Shown here: positions 34,678-44,541 of the stretch, one piece after another
Numbering within the stretch: position 1 is the stretch's first letter
Layout of the letters: each line of letters starts with the position of its first letter
Source: Myxococcota bacterium
Lineage (GTDB): Bacteria; Myxococcota_A; Polyangia; Polyangiales; Sandaracinaceae
Assembly (NCBI GenBank): GCA_036149055.1
Contig: JAYZQJ010000125.1
Coordinates: 25,455 to 89,454, forward strand
DNA length: 64,000 nucleotides
Direction: 5' to 3'
The notes under the pieces: generated by a model
What the model saw: the letters and a program-made list of their open reading frames with translations, nothing else
Database searches by the model: none
What the model was told of the DNA's origin: nothing
Made by a program: the position numbers and the translations under genes

Positions 34678-37600
34678 CTACTCGAGCGGGATCACGCGCA
34701 CGCCGTTGAGGGTGTTGCGCATCTCGCGCTGCCGCCACCACATCACCGCGTAGCTGACCGAGCCGAGCAGCTCCTGCTCGAGCCAGTATCCGGTCGAGCC
34801 CTCGGTGTCGAAGTGGAGGATGGCCCAGTCACCGCCGCCGGCCGGTCGGACCGCGACCACCGCGTCCTGCGCCGTGGCGTCCTGATAGACGACCCGCACG
34901 CCGCCGGCCTCGTCGACCACGAGCGACGCGTCGTCGCCGACGATGTGGCGGCCGTCGGTGAAGCGCTCGGTGCCGTCGGTCGAGCCGTCGTCGACGACCT
35001 CGCGGGTGACCACGGTGCCGTCGGCCTGGACCTGCGCGTAGCGGAGTGTCTCCTCGGTGCCGTCGACGTAGGCCACGTGCCAGAGGCCGGCCGCGTCGAT
35101 GAAGAGATCGGCGCTCATGCCCGAGTCCCCGACGTCCGGGTCCATGCGGGCGTAGCCGTCGATGAGGAAGGGCGCGCCCCAGGCGGCCCCGTCGAAGTGC
35201 ACGCCATGCACGTTGCCGGCCGAGCGGTCGTAGTACACGAGCGCCAGCTGCCCGCCGCCCATGTCGGCCAGCGAGGTGTAGAGCCCGAGCGCGGGCGGCA
35301 TGTCCTCGACGTAGTTCATCGGGAGCGACGCGCGGCAGCTGCCGTTGAAGCAGACGTCACCGCCGGTGCACTCGGCGCTGCAGTCGGAGGTGGGCGTGAC
35401 GCACTGGCCGTCCTCGATGCAGGTGGTGCCGAGCCCGCAGAACTGCGGGCGGCAGGCCATCGGCCCCGCGGCGACCTCGGTGATCGTCCAGTCGGTCTCG
35501 GACGCCGGGCTGCCGATGTTGGCCGTGGCCACCATGACCGCGCTCCGGATGTTGCCCGGCGTCTCGGTGTCCTCCGAGATGCGGAGGTAGGAGACGACCG
35601 GCACGCCCGCGTCGGTGAGGACGAGCGAGGCGTAGCGGCCGCTGTCGCCGGTCGCGTCGACGGTGTGGGTGGCCCACGCGCCGCCGGGGCCGCCGATCGC
35701 GAGCTTGAGGGCGCCGTTGCCGACGTCGTAGTAGGCGATCAGGAAGCTGCCGTCCTGGCGGACCATGCTGGTCCACTGGCCGACGTCGTCGCCGGGCGCG
35801 ACCACGCCGCCGCGCCAGCCGCTCGGGCCGCGCGCCACCGGGCCCTCGGGCGCTCCGTCCACGATCTCCCACTCCACCTCGGTGCCGTTCCACGGGCCGA
35901 AGACCAGGTCGCCGTAGGGGAGGCCGGGGGTGCCCGGGCTGTAGCCGCTCACGAAGACGTTGCCGGCGTCGTCGATCACCGCGTCGAGGTGGGTCGCGAG
36001 CTGCCCGGGCGGCAGCGGCGGCTTCTCCTCGCACGCGGAGCAGGACACGCCGCACGAGCCGTCGAGGGTGACGTTGTCGACCGGGCAGGTGAAGCCCGGG
36101 TCGCACAGGTCGTCGACGTCGTAGGCGACGCACATGTCCATCGCCTCGCAGCAGATCTCACCGCTGGTGTCGGCCGGCGGGGAGGCCGGCGGGCACCCGC
36201 CGGAGCAGGGGCCCGGCGGGTCCATCGGGTCGCCGCACTCGCAGCCGCTGGCCAGGAGCGCGGAGAGCGCGATCACCGAGAAGAGCGACAGAAAGGGAAG
36301 GCGCCGGCGGCGACGCGGGACCTCCCGCGCCCGCCGTCGAGTCAGCGCGAGGCCGAAGAGCCCGAGCAGCGCGAGCGCGCCGAGGGGCAGCTTCGAGCCG
36401 GCGCCCGGAGCGGCGCAGCCGCAGCCGTCGCCCGAGGCGGCGTTGGGCAGCCCGCGGATGAGCGCCTGCTGCGAGCGGCCGACGTTGCCGGCCTCGTCGC
36501 GCGCCTCGACGAGCTCGACCTGCGCGTCGCCCTCGAGCGGCATCGCCCGCTCGGCGGTCCACGCGGTCCAGCTCCCGTTCACCAGGAAGCGGTACTCGAG
36601 GGCGTCCTGGGGCGAGACCACGTCGGTCGCGTCCACCTCGATGCCCTCGTAGGTGCGCTCCGCCACCACGGTCGGCGGCAGGATGTCGACCACGAGCTCG
36701 GCCCGCGCGGGCGACGCGTCGACGCTGAGCGGCTCGCCGGCCACCCGCGCCCGGGCCTCGATCTCGTGGCGGGCCTGGAGCAGCAGGATCTCGTCGGCGA
36801 TCTGGATCCGCTCGTCGGTGGTCCAGGCCGACCAGGGCCCGCCGTCGATGCGGTAGCTGTACTCGTACTCGACGCCCAGGGGGCCCTCGGCCGCGAAGTG
36901 GAGCCACGCGCGGTTGCCGTCGCCCTCGGCCCAGGTCTCCGGGTTCATCGAGGTCCGGTCGAGCTCGAGGTCGCTGACCTCGACCGTGGTCTCGACCGGC
37001 GCGGAGTAGGGCATCGGGCCGGCGAGCGCGAGGTTGGCGAAGATGGCGAGGAAGCGATCCTCACCCTCGGTCGCCTGGGTGATGCCGCCCTCGGGAACCT
37101 CGAGGTTGAAGCCCATGATCTCCGGGAGGTCGATCGGGCTGATGCCGCTGGTCAGCATGCCGGCGAACGAGCTGATGACCGTCTCCAGCGTGCCGGCGAG
37201 GGCCTCGGGGCGCTCCGCGAGCAGCTCGCTGTTGGTGACCATCGAGTTCTCGGCCTCGACGCCGAGGATCATCGGCACGATCTGTCCGTCCTCGACGACC
37301 AGGTTCATGGAGATCACCAGGTCGGTCTGGAAGGTCATGAAGCGCACGTAGCGCTCGGTGCTCCAGACGTAGAAGTCCATCTGCGCCTGCGGCAGCGTGA
37401 TCGTCAGGAGCGGATCGTCGCCGGTCCCCGTGCCGACCGTGAAGTCCGGCGGCAGCTGCGGCCGCACCGCGATGGTCAGCGCCGCGTTCTCCTCGGGGAA
37501 GGTCAGCTCCGGCAGCGACATGATCGCCGCCGAGACGAGCCCGGTGCTCAGCTGCTGGCTGAGCCGCGTCCCGGCCCCGATGCACAGCGCGCCGGAGTCG

Positions 37601-38808
37601 AAGAACCCGTACCCGGCGTAGTCCATGTAGTCCTCGGCGATGCCGATGCCGAGGTGGGTCTCCGTGGTGGAGCCCGGGATGGTGTTCGCGCGGAACGCCG
37701 CGGCCCGTGGGATCTCGGGGAGCGGTGGCGGCTCCACGATGGGCACGCACGGGTTGTGCGCCGGCGTCTCGGTGAACGTCCGGTCCATGCCCATGAAGCC
37801 TCCGTAGAAGAAGAGGCTCATACCCTCGTTCACCGCCTCGCCGTCGCCGCCCGACGCCAGCAGGAACTGGATGTAGGCGTGCGTGCCCGGCGAGAACCCA
37901 CCGATGAGGTTGCCGCCGAGGTCGCCGCGGCCGTCGCTCCCCAAGAGGATGGGCACGCACTGCGCGTCCTCGTTGTTCTCGAAGCGGCAGGTGGAGTCGG
38001 GGTTCTCGTCCGGCACCGAGAACGTGCCGGTCGGGCAGCCGTACTCGCCGCGGGTCTGACACAGCGCGTCGTTCACCGCGTCGTCGACGAGCCCGTCGAC
38101 CTGATCCTCGACCATGTCGATGATGAAGTTCTTGATGAAGCCCAGGTTGAGGGCTCCGCAGGAGCCGAGGAATCCGCCCGAGATGCGGATGTCCTCGTCC
38201 TCGATGCCCTGGCCCGGCGCCAGGGTGGCGTTCTCGACGATCACCTCGGTGTAGCCCTGCCGTGCGGCGCGCACCGGGTCGTCGACGGGGATGCCGGCGA
38301 AGCGGATGTCTGCGTCGAAGCCGACGATGGGGCGACTGCCGCGACGGCTGTCGAGGTCCAGATCGCACGTGCCGTTCCAGCGATCCCGCTCGCCGGCGCG
38401 ATTGCGGCTGTCGAGGATGAGCTCGATGTGCGCTCGCAGGACGTTCGGGTCCGTGGGGGAGATCTCGAGAGAGTCGATCTCGAGGTGGGCCGTACAGTCG
38501 TTGTCCTCGCAGATCGTGATCGTGATGCCGGCGTCCACCTCCTGGCGGTCGACGTCGAAGTCGAGGCCGTCGGGCATGAACGTCATCACGATGGCCGCGA
38601 TGTTGTCCTCGATGAACTGGATGCCGCTCGAGGTGAGCCTCACCTGCGCGGAATCGTCGATGCGATGCTCGAGCGGGTAGGCGCCCGGGATCGGCGTGAT
38701 CCCGCACTCCTCGCAGCCCGAGCAGCCGCCGTCGCAGGCCGTGGCCGCGAGCGCGAAAGCCACGATGAGCGTGGAACGATAAAAGCTAGATACGTCGAAG
38801 CGGTCCAT
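34678..38808 (-). CDS. 1376-aa surface protein: BPI/LBP-like N-half, internal MYXO-CTERM, second lipobox, propeller-like C-half
   Basis: ATAC lipobox, QVRLTSSGIQFI, GCGCAAPG..LALLGLFGLALTRRR, LASGC, repeated YYD/GRYASL motifs. Confidence 0.8.
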   Translation of the reverse strand: MDRFDVSSFYRSTLIVAFALAATACDGGCSGCEECGITPIPGAYPLEHRIDDSAQVRLTSSGIQFIEDNIAAIVMTFMPDGLDFDVDRQEVDAGITITICEDNDCTAHLEIDSLEISPTDPNVLRAHIELILDSRNRAGERDRWNGTCDLDLDSRRGSRPIVGFDADIRFAGIPVDDPVRAARQGYTEVIVENATLAPGQGIEDEDIRISGGFLGSCGALNLGFIKNFIIDMVEDQVDGLVDDAVNDALCQTRGEYGCPTGTFSVPDENPDSTCRFENNEDAQCVPILLGSDGRGDLGGNLIGGFSPGTHAYIQFLLASGGDGEAVNEGMSLFFYGGFMGMDRTFTETPAHNPCVPIVEPPPLPEIPRAAAFRANTIPGSTTETHLGIGIAEDYMDYAGYGFFDSGALCIGAGTRLSQQLSTGLVSAAIMSLPELTFPEENAALTIAVRPQLPPDFTVGTGTGDDPLLTITLPQAQMDFYVWSTERYVRFMTFQTDLVISMNLVVEDGQIVPMILGVEAENSMVTNSELLAERPEALAGTLETVISSFAGMLTSGISPIDLPEIMGFNLEVPEGGITQATEGEDRFLAIFANLALAGPMPYSAPVETTVEVSDLELDRTSMNPETWAEGDGNRAWLHFAAEGPLGVEYEYSYRIDGGPWSAWTTDERIQIADEILLLQARHEIEARARVAGEPLSVDASPARAELVVDILPPTVVAERTYEGIEVDATDVVSPQDALEYRFLVNGSWTAWTAERAMPLEGDAQVELVEARDEAGNVGRSQQALIRGLPNAASGDGCGCAAPGAGSKLPLGALALLGLFGLALTRRRAREVPRRRRRLPFLSLFSVIALSALLASGCECGDPMDPPGPCSGGCPPASPPADTSGEICCEAMDMCVAYDVDDLCDPGFTCPVDNVTLDGSCGVSCSACEEKPPLPPGQLATHLDAVIDDAGNVFVSGYSPGTPGLPYGDLVFGPWNGTEVEWEIVDGAPEGPVARGPSGWRGGVVAPGDDVGQWTSMVRQDGSFLIAYYDVGNGALKLAIGGPGGAWATHTVDATGDSGRYASLVLTDAGVPVVSYLRISEDTETPGNIRSAVMVATANIGSPASETDWTITEVAAGPMACRPQFCGLGTTCIEDGQCVTPTSDCSAECTGGDVCFNGSCRASLPMNYVEDMPPALGLYTSLADMGGGQLALVYYDRSAGNVHGVHFDGAAWGAPFLIDGYARMDPDVGDSGMSADLFIDAAGLWHVAYVDGTEETLRYAQVQADGTVVTREVVDDGSTDGTERFTDGRHIVGDDASLVVDEAGGVRVVYQDATAQDAVVAVRPAGGGDWAILHFDTEGSTGYWLEQELLGSVSYAVMWWRQREMRNTLNGVRVIPLE

Positions 38809-38931
38809 CCCCTGACCTCCAGAAGGCCCGCCGCGCGCATGACTGCGCAGCGGTCGAACACGACTGGACGAGCATACAGCGGTGGTTGAACCTGTTTCAA
38901 TGGCGCCGACGCCTTGCAGCCGGCTTTCGCG

Positions 38932-40920
38932 TCAGCTCCCGAGGCGCCGAACGAAGCCATCGTCCTCTCCTTCGCTTCGCCGCGTGCCGTCGCCCAGGTC
39001 GACGGAGAAGCCGAAGTAGCCGGTGATGGCGGTGCTGTCCGCGGGTCCGATCGCGATGTCGAAGACGTTGACGGCGCAGCTCGTCCCGTCGGAGGCGGGG
39101 CACGGGAGGCCGGCGTCGGCGCCGACGTAGGCGTACATGGTGTCCGAGCGGTAGTTCAGCCGGGGATCGAAGACGACGTGGAAGCCGGCGCCGACGGCAG
39201 GCGCGACGCGCGCTCCGCCGCCGAAGTTCACCGCGCCGGAGAAGGTCCCGACCACGTGGAGGTTGCCGGCGGAGTCGACGGCGAGCCCGCGAGCGGCGTT
39301 GTCGTCCCCCATGCCTCCCCATGTCTGTACTCCGGAGGTCGAGCCATCCGGCGTGAGCTGAACGGCGAACGCGCTGCTCCGGGCCGGCGCGGTCACGGGC
39401 CCCGACCCGAAGTCCACGGTCCCTTCGAACCCGCCGACGATGTAGCTGGTGCCATCGGGGGCGGACCGGAGCCCGGCCGCGAAGTCGTAGCCGGTGCCCC
39501 CTGCCGTGTAGTCCCACACGTAGGCGCCGGCGGCGTCGAGACGCAGCGCGAAGATGTCTCGCGAGCCCCGGTTGACGCGCGCGCCGCCGCCGAAGTCGAC
39601 GGATCCACCGGAGTAGAGCCCTGCGACGGAGACGAGCCCTGCGTCGTCCAGCGAGATCCGGGCGGGCATCACCGCGCCTCCGGCAGGCGCGCGAACGTGC
39701 ACGTCCCACCGATACTCGCCCCCGGTCCCCAGCCGCAGCACGACGGTGTCGTCGCCGCGCGGAGTGCGCGTGCCGCCTCCGAAGTCGTGCGGCGACGTGA
39801 AGACGGTGTTGATCGCCACGCCGTCGTGAGCATCCAGCGCCATGAGCGGGAACACGGGCAGGACGTGGTCCCACCGATAGCTCCCCGCGCGATCCAGGGC
39901 GAACACATACGAGATTCCGTCGGTCCCGGCGGCACGCACGCCGCCGCCCAGATCGATGTCCGCGTAGCTGGTCCCGGCGACGTAGAGCTGCGCGGAGACG
40001 GGATCGTACGCGATGTCGATCGCGACGTCGGCGCCGCTCCCCCCGAAGCGACGCGACCAGGCGAAGGCGCCGTCGGGCTCGTACGCGACGACGAAGATGT
40101 CCGGCTGGTCCGGGCTGGCCGAGGTGACGGCCGGCCCGCCGAACCTCGCGGTGCCCTGGAACCACCCGGCGACGTACACCCGCCCCACGTCGTCCATGGT
40201 CACCGACGAGGTCAGATCGCCGTCGGGCCCGCCGAAGGTGCGATCCCAACCGTCGAGATCACAGCGGCCGGCGCGGCAGGTGCCTCCCGGGCAGAGCGGG
40301 TCGGCCCCGGCCGGCTCCTCGTCGGAGGCGCCGTCGCAGTCGTCGTCGCGGCCGTTGCAGAGCTCACGGGCGCCGGGGAAGACGGCGCGGTCGCCGTCGT
40401 CGCAGTCGTCGCCGCAGTCCACGCCGTTGCAGCAGAGGGCGCTGACGAAGCCGTCGCCGTCGACGTCGCCGTCCGCGTCGCCGGCGTAGGTCTCCGGGTC
40501 GCAGTCCTCGTCGTGGCCCATCGGGTCACAGACCTCGGCGGCGCCGGGGTGGCGGAGCCGATCGTCGTCGTCGCAGTCGCCGCCGCCGCAGGCGATCGAG
40601 TCGAAGCCGTCGTCGTCCGCGTCGGGTACGGCGCCGCAGGCCTCCATGGTGCAGACCCGCGCGCCCTCGTCGCACACCTCTCCGGCCTGGCACGGGCCGT
40701 CGTCCAGCACGCAGCCGCGCGGGTCGGCGCTCGGGTTGCCGGGCAGGCAGCGGTGCGTGCTGCAGAAGAGCGCGTCCTCGCACTCGCGGTCGGACGTGCA
40801 GGCCGTCGCCGGGCCCGTGTCCATCGAGGGCTCCGCGTCGCGAGGCCCCGCGTCGTCGGGCGGGACCTCGCCATCACAGGCCGCGAGGAGGAGGAGAGAA
40901 GCCAGGATCGCCGGTCGCAT
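38932..40920 (-). CDS. Lipoprotein with MopE-type putative metal-binding repeats and an SBBP-like beta-propeller
   Basis: LAAC lipobox; DCDD.D...PGA.E.C..DDDCD repeats; G.F.G.VDFGGG repeats. Confidence 0.85.
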   Translation of the reverse strand: MRPAILASLLLLAACDGEVPPDDAGPRDAEPSMDTGPATACTSDRECEDALFCSTHRCLPGNPSADPRGCVLDDGPCQAGEVCDEGARVCTMEACGAVPDADDDGFDSIACGGGDCDDDDRLRHPGAAEVCDPMGHDEDCDPETYAGDADGDVDGDGFVSALCCNGVDCGDDCDDGDRAVFPGARELCNGRDDDCDGASDEEPAGADPLCPGGTCRAGRCDLDGWDRTFGGPDGDLTSSVTMDDVGRVYVAGWFQGTARFGGPAVTSASPDQPDIFVVAYEPDGAFAWSRRFGGSGADVAIDIAYDPVSAQLYVAGTSYADIDLGGGVRAAGTDGISYVFALDRAGSYRWDHVLPVFPLMALDAHDGVAINTVFTSPHDFGGGTRTPRGDDTVVLRLGTGGEYRWDVHVRAPAGGAVMPARISLDDAGLVSVAGLYSGGSVDFGGGARVNRGSRDIFALRLDAAGAYVWDYTAGGTGYDFAAGLRSAPDGTSYIVGGFEGTVDFGSGPVTAPARSSAFAVQLTPDGSTSGVQTWGGMGDDNAARGLAVDSAGNLHVVGTFSGAVNFGGGARVAPAVGAGFHVVFDPRLNYRSDTMYAYVGADAGLPCPASDGTSCAVNVFDIAIGPADSTAITGYFGFSVDLGDGTRRSEGEDDGFVRRLGS

Positions 40921-40991
40921 GGTGCACGTCCCCTTTCGGTGCGCTCGCGTGAGCGTACCAGGTCATCGGGGAACGCAGCGACCGGTTGCCT

Positions 40992-42002
40992 CTACGGGCA
41001 GGCGTCGTTCGTGATGTCCACGCCGTTGGCGGCGAAGTGCGCGACGAAGCGCCAGGCGTTGCACTCGGTCGCGGGGTCGCAGACGTCGTCGCCGCAGGGC
41101 TCGTTCGCGCGGCAGCCGCTCGCGTCGCAGAGGGCGTCGGGCTTGATCGACCAGTCGGCCTGATCGGTGTCGTCGCAGTAGGTGAGGCTCAGGCTGCCGG
41201 CGAGCGCGGAGCAGACGGTGGTCATCACGCCGGGCGTGCTGATGATGCCGGTGCGCGCCGGCTCGACCTCGACGTAGCCCGTGATGATGCCCTGGGGCAC
41301 GTAGGTGAAGGGGCGCGAGGACTGCCAGCCGACGCAGCTCCGGTCTTCGCCGAAGGTCGCCTCCTCGATGGCCACGTTGCGCAGGGTCAGCTCGACCTGC
41401 ACCTCGGTGCCCTCCTCGTTGAAGATCGGCACCGTGATCGAGCCGTCGATCGCGTTCGAGGTCACCGTCTCGCCGGCGAGCGACGCCGGGATGGTCACCG
41501 GGCACCAGAGATCGGGGTCGCCGCCCGCGCTGCCCTGCGAGAACTCGTACGTCCCGTCGGCGGTGCGGCGGCCGAAGCCGGTGGTGATGGTCACGTCGCC
41601 GTCCGCCTCCGCGCCCTCGGTGCGGATGAGCCAGTTGAAGGTCTCCTCCTGCACCGCTTCGTTCAGCACCCGGCGGACGGTCTGGCTGGCGAGCGGCGAG
41701 CCCGCCGGGCCGACGATGTCGATGTAGCTCAGGCGAAGCTCGGGGGTGCCCGTCTGGTCGGCGTTGCTGTGACGCCAGCAGCAGGTGCCCATCTGCTCCC
41801 CGGGCGCGGGCGTGCCCTCGTCGGGGCAGGTCACGCTGCCCGGATCGGGCGGGGTGCCCTCCGGCAGATCCGGCGGCGTCTGGCAGAACATGCCCGCGTC
41901 GGTCGTGCCGGTGCCGGAGTCCGCCGGGTCGGTGGAGCCGTCGTCGCAGCCGCTCGCGGCGAGCAGGGCGAAGACACAGAAAAGGCGAAGAAAGCGCGTC
42001 AT
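40992..42002 (-). CDS. Cys-rich lipoprotein of unknown function
   Basis: MTRFLRL...ASGC lipobox; AAGGGG RBS. Confidence 0.8.
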   Translation of the reverse strand: MTRFLRLFCVFALLAASGCDDGSTDPADSGTGTTDAGMFCQTPPDLPEGTPPDPGSVTCPDEGTPAPGEQMGTCCWRHSNADQTGTPELRLSYIDIVGPAGSPLASQTVRRVLNEAVQEETFNWLIRTEGAEADGDVTITTGFGRRTADGTYEFSQGSAGGDPDLWCPVTIPASLAGETVTSNAIDGSITVPIFNEEGTEVQVELTLRNVAIEEATFGEDRSCVGWQSSRPFTYVPQGIITGYVEVEPARTGIISTPGVMTTVCSALAGSLSLTYCDDTDQADWSIKPDALCDASGCRANEPCGDDVCDPATECNAWRFVAHFAANGVDITNDACP

Positions 42003-42058
42003 CCCGATCCCCTTCTCGGCGACACGTCCGTCGCCGAGCGGGGAATGTAACAGAAGGG

Positions 42059-42988
42059 CTACGCGCGCTTCAGCTCTTCGTCGGTCGCGAAGTGCGCGAG
42101 CCGGGCGAAGGCCAGGTAGCGCTCCTCGACGTCGTCGCGGCTGACGTCGGCGAGGCGCTTCACCGAGACGCCCTCGACGCAGTAGGAGGCGAGCGCCGAG
42201 CCGTAGACGATCGCGCGGCGCAGGGTGCTCTGGTCGACGGCGTCCTTCTGGGCGATGAAGCCGAGCATGCCGCCGGCGAAGGTGTCCCCGGCGCCGGTCG
42301 GGTCGAGGACCTTGTCGACCGGGAAGGCGGGGGCGCTGAAGACCGAGTCGCCCTCGAAGAGGAGCGCGCCGTACTCGCCGCGCTTGATGACCGCGATCCG
42401 CGGGCCCATCGTCAGCAGCTCCTTGGCCACCTTCACGATGTTGTGCATGCCGGTGAGCTGACGCGCCTCCTCCTCGTTGATCACGAGGACGTCGATGCGC
42501 TTCAGCATCTTCTGGAGCTCGTTGGGCGTGCCCTCGATCCAGAAGTTCATCGTGTCGGCGATGACCAGCTTCGGCTGGCGCATCTGCTCGAGCACCTCGA
42601 TCTGCAGATCGGGGTGGATGTTCCCGAGCATGACGTAGGGGGTGTCCCGCATGCTCTCGGGGATCTTCGGGTGGAAGTCGCCGAAGACGTTGAGCTCGGT
42701 CTTGAGCGACTCGCGGCTCGTCAGGTCGTCCGAGTAGCGCCCCTCCCAGTGGAAGGTCTTGCCGTCGACGATCTCGAGGCCGCTGACGTCGATGCCCTTC
42801 GACTTGAGGAGCGAGACCTCCTCGTCGGGGAAGTCGGTGCCCACCACGCCGACGACGCGCGGCTGCACGAAGTGGGCGCCGGCGAGCGCGGCGAAGACGG
42901 CCGAGCCGCCGAGCACGTACGGGTGCGTGCCCTGGTTGTTGTGAATGGTGTCGCGGGCGACCGAGCCCACCACGAGCATGGACGACAT
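42059..42988 (-). CDS. PfkB-family carbohydrate/nucleoside kinase
   Basis: LGGSA, VGVVGTDF, INEEEA, DPTGAGDTFAGG. Confidence 0.93.
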   Translation of the reverse strand: MSSMLVVGSVARDTIHNNQGTHPYVLGGSAVFAALAGAHFVQPRVVGVVGTDFPDEEVSLLKSKGIDVSGLEIVDGKTFHWEGRYSDDLTSRESLKTELNVFGDFHPKIPESMRDTPYVMLGNIHPDLQIEVLEQMRQPKLVIADTMNFWIEGTPNELQKMLKRIDVLVINEEEARQLTGMHNIVKVAKELLTMGPRIAVIKRGEYGALLFEGDSVFSAPAFPVDKVLDPTGAGDTFAGGMLGFIAQKDAVDQSTLRRAIVYGSALASYCVEGVSVKRLADVSRDDVEERYLAFARLAHFATDEELKRA

Positions 42989-43003
42989 CTCGATTTGCTC
43001 CTC

Positions 43004-43870
43004 TTACTTCCAGAGACGCCCGCAGACCGGGGCGAGCTTCTTCTTCGCTTCTTCGGTGACGCGCTCGGGCGCGGTGATGATCGCGTGCTCCATGGCGCGA
43101 TGCGCGGGGCTCTCGCTCGGATCGGGCACGTTCGACGCGAGCGCGCGCAGGATCGCCTGCGCCATCTTCACGTTCTTCTGGAGGACGGCGATGACCGCGT
43201 TCACGCTGACGCTCTCCTCCGACTGATGCCAGCAGTCGTAGTCGGTCGCCATCGCGACGGTGGCGTAGGGCAGCTCCGCCTCGCGGGCGAGGCGCGCCTC
43301 CGGCAGGTTGGTCATGCCGATCACGTCGACGCCCCAGCTGCGGAAGAGGTTCGACTCCGCCCGGGTCGAGAACTGCGGCCCCTCGATGCACACGTAGGTG
43401 CCGCCGCGGTGGGTCTTGGCGCCGGCGGTGATCGCCGCCTTGTAGAGCGCCTGCTGGAGCGCCGCGTCGACCGGGTCGGCCAGCTCCACGTGGGCGACCA
43501 CGCCGATCCCCTCGAAGAAGGTGTTCGGGCGGTGGCGGGTGCGGTCGACGAACTGGTCGGGCAGCACCACGTCCCCGGGGGCGATCTGCTCCTTCATGGA
43601 GCCGACCGCCGAGACGCTCACGATCTGCTCCGCGCCCAGCTGCTTGAGCGCGAGCACGTTGGCGCGGTAGTTGATCTCGTGGGGCGCGAAGCGATGACCC
43701 CGACCGTGCCGAGGCAGGAACAGGAAGCGCGTGGGCCCGAGGCGACCCGAGACGATCGCGTCGGACGGGGCGCCGTACGTGGTCTCGACCGCGTGCTCCT
43801 CGACCTCTTCGAGCTCCGCCATCGCGTAGAGCCCGCTCCCGCCGATGACTCCCAGGACCCTCTCGCCCAT
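43004..43870 (-). CDS. mtnP: S-methyl-5'-thioadenosine phosphorylase
   Basis: GVIGGSGLY, PRHGRGH, INYRAN, EGPQFSTRAES, GMTNLPEA, TDYDCW. Confidence 0.95.
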   Translation of the reverse strand: MGERVLGVIGGSGLYAMAELEEVEEHAVETTYGAPSDAIVSGRLGPTRFLFLPRHGRGHRFAPHEINYRANVLALKQLGAEQIVSVSAVGSMKEQIAPGDVVLPDQFVDRTRHRPNTFFEGIGVVAHVELADPVDAALQQALYKAAITAGAKTHRGGTYVCIEGPQFSTRAESNLFRSWGVDVIGMTNLPEARLAREAELPYATVAMATDYDCWHQSEESVSVNAVIAVLQKNVKMAQAILRALASNVPDPSESPAHRAMEHAIITAPERVTEEAKKKLAPVCGRLWK

Positions 43871-44154
43871 CCGCTCCGTCTCCCTCGGTTCGCGCCTGCG
43901 CAGCTCCGCGTCGGACACCCATGGACCGGTGTCGACCCCACTCGCCGACGCTCGCCCGTCCCTCTCGGGGGACCTCGGAGCGCACGGGGAGCACGCCACG
44001 CGCGGCGCGGGACGCTAGCAGCCACGGGCGCCGCCGTCGACCGCCGCCGGACCCCGGGGGGTACAGGGCGGCCGCGGGCCGACGTTGTGTCCAGAGTGAG
44101 TCCTCGCGGTAGGACGCGAGGAGGAATGGACACCCCGTGGAGCTCGCACCGGCC

Positions 44155-44541
44155 ATGAGCCCGACCCCCACGCTGCCGACCGAGCTGGTCGTGGTGGTCG
44201 ACGACGACCCGCTGGTCGGCGCGCACATCGCCGAGGAGCTCGAGGGGCACGGCGTCGAGTGCGTCCACGTGCAGGACTTCGACGTGGCCTACGACATCGC
44301 CGTGCACCACCGGCCGGCGCTCATGGTGATCGACCAGATCCTCGAGTCCGAGGAGGGCGCCCGGCTGCTCCGGAGGCTCGACGCGCTCGGCGACGACGCC
44401 CCCTGGGTGGTGCTGCTGCGCTACGCCCCGGGCCCCACCGGCCCCTTCCGCGACCTCCACGTGACCCTGGTGAGCGGCGAGCGCTGGTTCGAGGACCTGC
44501 CCGACGTGGTCTCCCGCCAGGTCTACGCCCGCGCCTACTGA
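44155..44541 (+). CDS. Single-domain receiver-like protein (degenerate)
   Basis: VVVVDDD, PALMVID; lacks the KP motif. Start at 44155 or GTG 44137. Confidence 0.65.
   Translation: MSPTPTLPTELVVVVDDDPLVGAHIAEELEGHGVECVHVQDFDVAYDIAVHHRPALMVIDQILESEEGARLLRRLDALGDDAPWVVLLRYAPGPTGPFRDLHVTLVSGERWFEDLPDVVSRQVYARAY

Noticed and set aside
34813..38889. Very long opposite-strand or off-frame ORFs (e.g. 34813-38889+, 20141-23218+, 30982-33963+, 5788-8718+, 47875-50754-)
   Set aside because: Shadows of real genes caused by stop-codon scarcity at high GC; Arg/Ala/Gly/Pro-rich or antisense-patterned, with no motifs.
42013..42040. Hairpin CTCGGCGAC...GTCGCCGAG as a riboswitch
   Set aside because: A single stem with no recognisable aptamer; more simply a terminator or 5' stabiliser.
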